The notes under the pieces are model-generated. The model was not told the DNA's origin, made no database searches, and saw nothing but the letters and a program-made list of their open reading frames with translations. A DNA stretch of 64,000 nt from a phage. The stretch lies in the NCBI GenBank assembly GCA_033648345.1, contig GCA_033648345.1_4121.1. One strand, given 5' to 3'. Shown in pieces: positions 9,885-21,200 of the stretch (position 1 is its first letter; every line of letters begins with the position of its first letter). A program made the translations under genes and the position numbers.

Positions 9885-12173
9885 ATGAATCTTACCCAAT
9901 TATTCAAAAAAAGCGACGAACTGGCAACTTCTCTGGGTCATACCTTCTTGACTATTGACCATCTAAGTGCTACAGTACTGACAATCGATAGCATCAAAGC
10001 AGTATTTGAAGATATGAACATCGATGCAGACAACCTACACGGTCGTTTGATTGCATATCTGAAGAATACAACATTCCCACATGCACCTAAAAGTGCTGAT
10101 GGTGATGAAGCGAACCGCACATCACTTCTCGTGAACCGTGTAGTTCAGGAACTTTCTAAGAAATCAGTAATTGAGCAACTTAAACGTGATGATTTCTCAA
10201 TTGATGCTTATTTTGTACTGTTTGAGTGTTTGTCCTTCCCAAATACTGCACTAGAAGCAGCATTGCGTGAAGAGGGTATCACTTGTACTGAAGCAGCACG
10301 AACTCTACAGAAGCACGTAGAAGCAATCGACAACGGAATCAACCTTCAAAGCATTAGTGATGAGCCAACTGGGGAGAAAAAAGTGGCACAACAACAACCA
10401 TCGTCCAAACAAAAAGGTTTAGAAGATTACACCACTAACCTAACCGCACTTGCAAAAGAAGGTAAACTTGACCCAATGATTGGTCGCCAGAAAGAGCTTT
10501 CTGCACTGATTGAAACTCTGGCCCGTAAGACTAAGAAGAATGCTATCCTGACTGGTGAAGCTGGTGTTGGTAAAACTCAAATCATTGATGGTCTAGCACA
10601 GGCAATCGCTGATGGTGAAGTACCAGAGCATCTTAAAGATGTTGAAATTCTGTCTCTGAACGTAGGTGCACTGACTGCTGGTACTAAGTACCGTGGTGAG
10701 TTCGAAGAACGTATCGATAACCTACTAAAAGAACTGAAGAAACGTGAAAACACTATTGTGTTCATCGATGAAATCCATATTATGGTTGGTGCTGGTTCAG
10801 CAAGCAACGGTTCTATGGATATGAGCAACATGCTCAAACCTGCACTATCTCGTGGTGAGATTCGTGTAATCGGTGCAACAACTTACGATGAATATCGTAA
10901 AAACATCGAAAAAGATAGTGCACTAACTCGCCGTTTCATGAAAATTGATGTAGTTGAGCCAACAATTGATGAAACCCGTGCGATTGTGAATGGTTTGAAA
11001 TCTACTTATGAAACTTTCCATAACGTAGAGTTCAGTACTGAAGCAATGGATGCAGTTATTACACTAAGTGATAAGTTCCTGAAGAACAAACACTTCCCTG
11101 ACAAAGCAATCGACCTAATGGATGCGGCAGCAGCGAAAGTACGTTCTCGTGAAACTGATGATAACATCATCACTGTTGCACTGATTCAAGAAGTTGTTGC
11201 AGGTATCGCAAACCTAGATATTAATGTGGTTGCTTGCACTGAAAGTGAACGTATGCGTAATCTACCAGATGCACTCCGTTCTCGTGTATACGGTCAAGAA
11301 GAAGCAGTACAGAAACTGGTTGATAACGTGATGGTAGCTCGTGCTGGTCTGCGTGATAAATCAAGTGTTCAAGGTGCATTCATGTTTGTTGGTCCATCTG
11401 GTACTGGTAAAACTGAAATTACCAAAGCACTGGCTGATGCAACTGGTTCTGAACTGATTCGTTTCGATATGTCCGAGTTTTCACAGGAACATACTGTTGC
11501 TAAACTGATTGGTTCACCTCCAGGCTATGTTGGTCACGATTCTGGTAACGGTCTGCTACTCGACAAGATTGAGCAGTTCCCGAATGCAGTACTGTTGCTT
11601 GATGAAATCGAAAAAGCTGATCGTAAAGTACTACTAACCTTCCTACAGGTTCTGGACGAAGGACGTTTGACTGGTTCACAAGGTAAAACTGTTTACTTCA
11701 ATAACGTAACTGTTATTATGACGACTAACCTTGGTGCAGCAGATTCAACCAAGCGTAGTATTGGGATGAGCGGTAGTGATACAGCACAAGATAAAGCTAT
11801 TAAAGCATTCTTGCCACCTGAATTCATCAACCGTATCGATAGTATTGTGACATTCAAAGACCTAAGCAGCGAAGCGATTGACAGCATCATTGATAAGTTC
11901 ATGGGTAGTCTGAATGAACAAATCAAAGACCGCAAAGTTAAAGTTTCCCTGACTAAAGCGGCACGTGAGTGGTTGGCAACAAATGGTGTTAAAGTTGGGA
12001 TGGGTGCACGTCCAATGAAACGCACTATTGAGCAAAACATCCGTGTCCCACTAGCTAAAGAGATGTTGTGTGGTTCTCTGGTTAATGGTGGTAACGTAAC
12101 GTTTGATGTGATTGATGGTAAATTGGCTATCAAACCTAAACGAACTAAAGCAGTAGAAAAAGTTATTGCGTAA
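9885..12173 (+). CDS. clpA: ClpA-type ATP-dependent Clp protease ATP-binding subunit (N-domain plus two AAA+ modules)
   Basis: Near-colinear with E. coli ClpA from memory: two Walker A motifs (GEAGVGKTQ, GPSGTGKTE), GARPMKR sensor, candidate ClpP-docking tripeptide IGM; track start GTG 9861 replaced by ATG 9885 with AGGAGA RBS. Confidence 0.85.
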   Translation: MNLTQLFKKSDELATSLGHTFLTIDHLSATVLTIDSIKAVFEDMNIDADNLHGRLIAYLKNTTFPHAPKSADGDEANRTSLLVNRVVQELSKKSVIEQLKRDDFSIDAYFVLFECLSFPNTALEAALREEGITCTEAARTLQKHVEAIDNGINLQSISDEPTGEKKVAQQQPSSKQKGLEDYTTNLTALAKEGKLDPMIGRQKELSALIETLARKTKKNAILTGEAGVGKTQIIDGLAQAIADGEVPEHLKDVEILSLNVGALTAGTKYRGEFEERIDNLLKELKKRENTIVFIDEIHIMVGAGSASNGSMDMSNMLKPALSRGEIRVIGATTYDEYRKNIEKDSALTRRFMKIDVVEPTIDETRAIVNGLKSTYETFHNVEFSTEAMDAVITLSDKFLKNKHFPDKAIDLMDAAAAKVRSRETDDNIITVALIQEVVAGIANLDINVVACTESERMRNLPDALRSRVYGQEEAVQKLVDNVMVARAGLRDKSSVQGAFMFVGPSGTGKTEITKALADATGSELIRFDMSEFSQEHTVAKLIGSPPGYVGHDSGNGLLLDKIEQFPNAVLLLDEIEKADRKVLLTFLQVLDEGRLTGSQGKTVYFNNVTVIMTTNLGAADSTKRSIGMSGSDTAQDKAIKAFLPPEFINRIDSIVTFKDLSSEAIDSIIDKFMGSLNEQIKDRKVKVSLTKAAREWLATNGVKVGMGARPMKRTIEQNIRVPLAKEMLCGSLVNGGNVTFDVIDGKLAIKPKRTKAVEKVIA

Positions 12174-12206
12174 AAAAGAAAAGGAGAGCAAATGCTCTCC
12201 TTTTTG
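12174..12206. terminator. Bidirectional intrinsic terminator
   Basis: Hairpin GGAGAGC-AAAT-GCTCTCC (12183-12200) flanked by A-run and T-run; near-identical hairpin recurs at 57509-57526. Confidence 0.65.
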
Positions 12207-15200
12207 TTATTTAACTTCTAATAGATTTTTAATGTCATTACCACTTATTTGCAAACTATCGGAGTAAACAGATAGTTCGATTGGATAACTGTTAACACTA
12301 TAACGTTTTAGTAAATTAACTTTACCTAAGTTCAAGCCATTAAATGAATATGTCACATTCTCTTTAAAGTCGTGTTCTGCACTATACATTACCCCACGGA
12401 GTAAGTTATTTGCAAAACGTACTTCAACTTTTTCAAAACCAAGAGAAATAATATCATTCATACTTGCACCAGCACCAGATAGAACATTATTAGTAACACT
12501 ATATGGACTAACTGAATCTGGTTGTGAAACATAAGTAGTATTTTCTTCACTGATAGCAGTAATGTTAGTTACTGTTCCACCAACTACACCAATATATGTA
12601 TCACTAACTAGTGGATATGCATATTCCCATACCCCTTCAGTATTCAGTACTGGTTGAATAATACCAACATCATACTCGAACACGTTAATTTCCACACTAT
12701 CAGTCATTTTGGTTCTCACTAACTCACTAAGAACACCTGCACCAGTAATTGGTAAGTTATATCCGTTATCAATGGTAACACCATCAACTTCAAATATCTC
12801 GTTAGACACTACCCAAACATCAACGTCATCTGGTGTAATTCCATCATTATAAGAACCACCGTATAGTGTTGTGTCGTAGAATACTTCATAGTTCATTGCA
12901 TCGATAGCATAGTTTCTATTTGTTTCATACAACTTAACACCATCAACCAAGAATTCTGGATCAGCAAAGGTTCTAATACGAACAATGTTCAATGCTAGAG
13001 GTATTGCTGGTTCATTCTGTTGTTGTTTAGTGATGTTATCATAACGAAGTACAACTCCAGTACTATCTAGTAGTTCTACAGTTCCGTTCGCAGTGTTTCT
13101 TACTGTGTACAAGGTTGGTGTGGTGTCAGTTTTGATTTTTGATACACTCAAGATGGTTTCCCATGCATTGTTTTGGTATCTCACATAATCTTCACCATCA
13201 GTTGTGAATATCATAACCTTATCACCATCAGATAGGGTATTGTCAATTACTTCAGCTTCTGTATCACTAACAATTGATTTAATTTTATAGAAGTATTTTT
13301 CATCATACTTACTGTATGATTTACTAATATCATTTTCAATCTTAGCGTAAGAAGGAATACTAACAATTGCTTCTGTTGTTTTATAAGGGTTGATAATAAC
13401 CATACCTTCAGTTTTATATCTACTATTGTCTCTCAATTGAACTAGTGAAACACTATTGAATCCATAACCATCAACTGTGAAGCGAATCTGACCAATCTTT
13501 CTTCCTGATGGGTTAATATCAGAAATGTCGATTATGTACGGATCTACTTCGTCACCTTCAACTTCCCATTTTAACTCGGAAGTTTGTGATTCAAGTGCTA
13601 GGTTATCAAATGCATTCATATCATCGTAGTACTTAGCATCGGTGATGCTATCTAGGATGTGCTGATAATCACTGTACATTGGGTTATTTCTATCAAGAGG
13701 TAAGTCATCAAGATTTATTTCTGCCAATTGAACTAGTTGACCGTCAGTTATGAATTTGTCTTCCATGAAATCATCAATGCTTTGGTCATCTGGGATACTC
13801 TCGTATACACCATTAACATTAACATAAACATATTTTCGTGGCATCATAGTAAATGCATGAATATCAATAGGCATTCTACTTAGTATTTCTTCAGCCTTTT
13901 CATAATGGTCGGTAGCATCTTTGTCATACAAACCACGCATACCGGACAATACATGAATTGCGTCATTGTAGAATCGTTGATTTCCATCTTCATCTACATG
14001 GCGATATGAATAAACACCATATTCAACTTCAAGTATAATTCTAACTTCATCATCAGTTGCAGTAGTATTGTTTTCTTTAATTAAAGAAACATACTTTTTA
14101 TACAACTCACTACTAACTTCAAAGTAACCAAAGTTATAATCAGTACTGGATGCATAACCAAACGGTAGTCTGGTGCTTGGATTATCATCATAGGTTAACC
14201 CACTAAATCCACATCCAACTTCATCATGAATTACTTCATCATCTGCACCTGTGTACAATTTCAAACGGTTAGAGAGTGTGTTATACTGAACGTAATGATT
14301 TACGTCATTAAACATTTCATTTTGTGTTGATTCTTTATATACACGATTCAACGTTTCTGTGAATTCTGCGGTTGCTACCAAATCATCTGCATGGTCTGCA
14401 TACCATTGGTTAACACCGTAAGCAATCCCTAGAGTTACGTTCAATTCTGGGTAATACAATTGCATCTGATAAGCAACCAATAGGTCGAAATCTTCATCAC
14501 TGTATTCTGGGAATGTATATTTGTAACGTTGTAATTCAAAATTACTAACAACATCTTGTGCATTAGATTGATATTTCTTATTCACTTCTTCCAATACATC
14601 AACACTTGCCAAATTATCATTTGGTTTACATTGAGTGTTGTCGTAGTGCATGATAACATCAATTTCTTGGAAACGGCGATTAGGTGTTACGAAATCACTT
14701 GGCAATTCACCAACTTGCTCCCAACGTTGAGTTACCTCATTGAATTGAGCATATTCATAATCCCAAATGTCTTTTTCCGTTTTAACCCAAGTCCCATCTG
14801 CAAATATATAGCCATTAGGATCTAAATCATTACACAAACCTTTAATTAAATCATCATCTGAAGTTTTCTGTTCAATCTGGGAACGAATCTTAGTTCTATA
14901 TGGTTTAACTTCTTCAAAGTACTCAACGATTTGATTAATCAAGTTGTCGTTGGAATAGTTCTGTACTAATGATTGTTCTAAACCTACAATATAAATGTAA
15001 GATGTTTTGAATACCCAATCAACAACGCTTTGTTCTACGTGAACATACTTAACCATATCAAACACAATTTCACTCTGATGTAAGTCGAATGAGTTCTTCA
15101 ATAAAGCTAGTGCTTTACGAACGTTAATCTCACGATTACTCAACGAACCATTAGCATCACGAACTGTATAGTCAGCGTATAACATATCATTCAATTCAAC

Positions 15201-18200
15201 TGTACTATTTTCACGACCAATTGCTTTCCAGTAAACTGAATCACGTGATTGTGCTTTAATGTACAATGTCCAGATGCCATCAACATCTGTAATTCTGATA
15301 ATGTCACCAACTTGATAGTTCTTAGTGTTTGCATCTTCTAGGCTGGATTCTTGTGTATATGCAGTATTTTTATCGTAACCAATATCATACCAATCTGCTA
15401 GTGACCAGTACTGGGTCATGTCCAATGAAGTTCCTAGTGCTTCAACATAGTCTGATTGTTTAATCATTTTCTGTTGACCTTCACCACGGTTTTCCAATGT
15501 AATGGTAACCACACTACCAGCACTTGATGGACTATTCATTAGATGAATATAACCATTAGCATCAATATGCACAAAATATACAGAGCTAGTTGATAGTGGG
15601 TTAGGTAATACACCACTAGTACTTACTAGTACTGCGTCATTTTCTTTGAACTTGTCACTTTCAGGTGCAATGACTAATTCACTATTGTAAGTTAGTACAC
15701 GATATGATACTTCATTCGGGTTAACTTCAGTAGTTTTAACATTAAACACTTCGTCCATTAGAACAGTGTTAGTTGTTATATTCTGTGAGCGATAATAGTT
15801 ATTTGCACTTTCTACAAAGTTTCTACGAGCTTCAATTACATCTTGGAACCAAGTCTTATTAGAACCTAAACCGTTTGGTACTAAAGGATATAGTAAATCA
15901 ATAACAGTTCCTGATTCAGTAGTTTCTTGACCAATCATAGAATTCCACATAGAAGTCCAGATTGATGGATTGAAGTTATAGCTATCACCTTCTTTACATA
16001 ATTGATACTGGTCATGTTTAATAACTTCAGTATTATCCATGTAATAAGAAACAGTTAAAATACTTGTGTCATCGTTGACTTCAAATTGCATATTACTTAG
16101 AATGAACGAGCTTTCATTGATTGGTGCAAACCAAGGAATGTTAAGCTGTGCTGGTTCTTTAATAATACGAGCAATATCAGTACAAGATTTAGTTCTGGAA
16201 TGCAATGGTGGTACATAGATTGTATCACGAACCCAGAAATAGTATTTTGTAACATAAGTATCAGTTGTGCTATCATATTCTAAGAACGTACTATAATTAT
16301 CTTCCAATGCGGTTCCGCTTGGTAGGTACATAGTGTTGTTTTTATTTTTGTTAGCAACGTCTTTACAGTATTTGTCCCAGTTATATGGTTCAACTGGCGA
16401 ACATACCCATTCAAGAACATCAACAGTACTGTGCGGTAGCAATCTGCCCCAGTTATAACGTTTATATTCATTTGTTGCATCAACATCCACATTACCATCA
16501 GCATCATAGATTGCACGAGTGTAATCTAAGTAGAAAGCAGTGCTGGTGTTCCACCAAACCTGACCAACTTTATCAGCACCCCATGCTTGAATCAATTCAC
16601 CATTGCTGTTGTATTGTGCTGGGTCAACTGGAGATGTGTAGGTAACGTTCTGCATCGCTGCACCAGGAATAACACCGTTGATTGGGTCAAACACGTTTAG
16701 GTACAACGCAGTAATGTTAGTACGCTCATCATATGTGGTTGGGCGGTCAAACAAAGTACTTTGTGGAGCTTTAAAACTATATTTTCTGTCAATGTATTCC
16801 TGACGCATCTCTTCAGTACTGAATCGTGAAACATAACGATACAAGCGTGGGCGAGTATCAGGATCAGTGAAGTCAATAGTGATTGAAGTGTCAAACGGAA
16901 CTACCATAACTCTAGGGTCATTACCCGCAGTATAATATTGACTTTCTATAGTCAATGTATCTGGCATAAAGTTAGTTTCATCAACAAAGTAATAATAATC
17001 ACCATCATTTAGTGGGATATCATCACTTAGAGTTACTTTACAGAATTGTTCTGCATATACATCGGTATTTTCAATTGGAACGATAGAGAGCATCTCAACT
17101 TCAGTGTCTATTAGTTCGAAAATATTCCACAAATCATTACCATCTTTAAACATCCATACAGAATCTGGGATTTCACCACTGTTATTCATATAATTGATAC
17201 GATCATTATATGCAGTACTGAAATCTTTAGTAACGTATGAAATTTCATCTAGTGTCACAGGACCAATGTCTGGAAGTTGGATATTCTCACTTCTTCCACT
17301 ACGCATTGGGAATGAAAACTTACCATTTGGACGAGTAATCCAGCGTGAGTCAACCCCTTGTTCACCGTAATAAACAATACCATTACCAGTACCATTTGAT
17401 GTAGCATTAACATCAAACGAAACCATCTGTGGTTGTTGTTTAAATTGGTCATTGATTAGTTTAAATTGTAGATTTTTCTTACCATTGATATTACCATAAG
17501 TACCAATCTTAAATGCCCATTCCTGAAGTGCTTTATATTCATCAGTGTCGTAAGATTTAGAAACGCGTAGTACTTTTTCCATTACTTGGTTAGTACCTTT
17601 GTCATGAATGAATCCTTTATAGAAATCAACACGACTAACATCACTACTAATCATACGTTGTAGATAATCACGAGTTTGATAGCCAATCAAGTGATTTGAT
17701 AACTCTTGAAGCTGAACATCACTCACAGGAGTTTCACTATTATAATATAATTCAAAATCAGTTACTAATTTTTCAAATGATGGTAAAGTTCCTGCTTCTA
17801 GTATAATGAAACCAGGTGCTTGTAGGCGACCAGTCCATGACCCAGTAATGTAACCATACATTTTAATCAATTCTTGAATAGCACCATAAGTTGGTTGGTA
17901 AATGTAATCACCAAAGATAGTTTTATCATCAAAAACAACTGCGTGTTCATATGAACTTAGGCTCAAACGAATCAACGCCATACGTTTTTGTGATTCGGAT
18001 GTAGTTCTCACTGTGAATACGTTACCGATACGCGAAGTTTCGATTTCATATTGACGGATACCTTGGTTTTCATCATCGAGTAGTGACCAAACACCACCAC
18101 TATTCTGTGTAACAGATTGAACTGAACCAAAATCCGCACCAAATTTAGCATTAGCTGCACTTGGAGTACAGGAGATGAACTCACCAGTACTTAAATTATT

Positions 18201-21200
18201 CTGACTCCAAATAACAAAGTCTTTAGCAATAGTTGTCCAGTCTTGTTGAGTACCACTATCATTTACATCTTCAAAAATCCAGCCATGTTCTTTTAGATAT
18301 TCACCATATCCACAAATGAAAGTATAAACTTCTTGGTATGTATTGAATATTTTACCATATTCTAACGTACCTTCAGATTTCCATTCATTGTAATGAACAA
18401 CAGTTCTGTCTTCCAATTTAAGAGTTACTTTTCTTCCATTTTTAACTGGAATTTTATATTTAAATTTAGCACCAACTAAATCATAACCATCAATTTGATA
18501 TGCACTACCATTCCAAGTAATTTTTACTGCACTCATTTGCTCATCGCGAATGTTATTGGAACGAACTAGACCGATAGTTTGGTTTTCTTGTGAAATCAAA
18601 CCGAAAGATTTAGCAGTGAATGTCAATTGGTCTGCTTTAGTAAAGCCACCAATTTTGTGAGCAACATTAACATAAGAAGAACGAACAACGTCACCGTATT
18701 TGGTGGTAATGTTCTTATTCTGATACATCAAATAGTCACTAACAAACATTTGATAACCGATAGTACGGGTATTTTTCTCACCATGTACTAATGTAGTACT
18801 GTCAAAGTTTAGACGCTTACGAGTTTCACCATAAAGGAACTGTGAACCATCAGTATAAACTGGTTTAAGGTTATCATTACGGGTATCCCAGTAATAGTTT
18901 GCAAACTGTGCTGGTTTTGCTTTGTATAGAAGAAGCATTTGGTCATAAGCAAACATCGCAGTGTTCATGTAAGTGAATTCCATGTCACCCATGTCACCAT
19001 AAGCCCACGGTTCTGCACGATGATCTAAATTACCACTAACAAGACCTAAAACTTCAGGTGCAATATATTCAACTTCACAAATATCAATACCAGTACTGGT
19101 TTTCTCGCCAGTCTTAGTGATTTTAAATGGCTGTACACCGAAACGCTTGTATTTGTCATATTGACCACGGCGTTCACCGGACAAAATAGTACCAGTGCTG
19201 CTGTCACCGATAGTACCATCAATATCCCACAATCCACTTGGGACCAAATCACCACTTTCATTCATTACTAGTGCTTCATACACATAAACAACATCACCCT
19301 CACGTTCACCAACTTGAACTGCGGTTGGTTCGTATTCTTGGTTCCACCAAGTAGGACGTTGAGAGAAGCCCATCATTTCCCACGGGTGGGTTGCTGGACG
19401 ATATGTTCCGTATTGATCAGTATAGATTGCACGCCATGAACCACGAGCAGGAATTTCAGTACGTTGACCATCAACAACATAATAACTACCAGTATAGTTC
19501 CAAGTTCTCCAGTTATTTGCATCATAATCATGAGTACTGTTACTAATACTATTGGTTGCTGTGAAGTTAATGTAACCACGTAGTAATAGAGTTTTCTTTT
19601 CTTCTGCACTATAATCAGTACCAGTGAAATATGGAGTTGGGAATAGGTCTTCACTGTTTAGTACTGGTTTATAATCAATATCCTTGAAAGTAAGGTCAAT
19701 ACTATTAAAGATACGATTCTCCAATTCGAAAACAACGTCATCCATTTTATCAACACCATTGATAACACGGTATGCTTTTGAAATAATACCAGTATGACTG
19801 ATATTATACCAGCTAGATTTACTACCAGCAGTTAAGAATGTTGCTTTTTGTGGTGTATAAGCTTGCAAAATACCCAAGAACTGTGGAGTTGGTGGGACAA
19901 ATGCACGAATAAACCCAGCAGTGCTTGCAACGTTGTCATAGTAGAATGGGAATGTACTATCACGTCCCATATTAATAGCTGTTAGAATCGCATCTACGAT
20001 GTTTGATGCACTATTACCAAGAAAAGCACTTGGGTCTTCTTCATACAAACGAAGCATTTGAGTGTTGAACTTGTTAATGAAGCGGAAGTATTCTGCTTGC
20101 ATAAACATGATTGATTCAAACAAATCAATATCTTCATTAGCGGTATGTGCCATTAGTGGTAATATGGACGCTTCGTTTTGAATAATTTTAGTGCCTACAC
20201 CATTATTAACCAAACCAGCAGCCAAACGTTCTTCGTAATTGTTAAAGTCATCAGCAGAACCAGATGTAATATTCTTTTGAATAATATCTTGGAAGTGCAG
20301 GGTGTAATCACCTTGGTTGATGTATTCAATGTTTGAATTATATGGGTTATTTTGTAGGTTAATTGGAACTTCATATGCACCCAACTCTTTATTAGGAGTG
20401 ATAGTGCTACTATAAGTTCTGATTTGTACAACAGAATCTTCATCCAAATCAACAGAACTATCAATTGTAATACTTTGTACTTGATTATTAACTACAGTTT
20501 TGGTGTATTCTTTTATTTCCACACCATCAACAACTAGTTCGATAATATCATCAGAATTATCTAGTACTTTTTGTGCCAATTCAAATGTATGATTGTACTT
20601 AACGCTTTGTACCCCATCACCAACGATAACATGCCAATCAAGATATGTTTCACGTTCTGCTTTGTAATATTGATAAGTTCTGTCAACTTCAATTACATAA
20701 GCATACATTCCTTCAACTGGGTCTTTGAAACTTTCCATGTCATAAACAGTACTGAACACGCGGAACATTACTGTACGTTCAACCTGTGGAGTTTGTTTAA
20801 CATATTGTTTGGAGTATTCAGTACTACGAACCCAATCAGTTTCTAGGTTCATTGTATTACCTTCACCAATTACGTTATAGTAATATAGTCCATCAATTTC
20901 AACTTCCACACCCAAATGCTCGTAAGTATAACGAGTTGATTGTAGGAAATTCTCATAGGTGTAATAATTGTAATCACCTAGTTCAATGTTATAACCATAA
21001 ACGCTATCGGTTGCATAATTATAGTTAATTTTAAAACCAAATAATGAAGAACCAGTAAAAGTACTTGATGGATAGGTAGTAGTGTTGTTTAGTTTAACAC
21101 CATTACGGTCATACAATTGGAATTGTGGAAATACGTTCACAGAAGTTTTAGACTGTGCTTGAATCCAATGAGAACCGTCCCAATACATGGAACTGTTACC

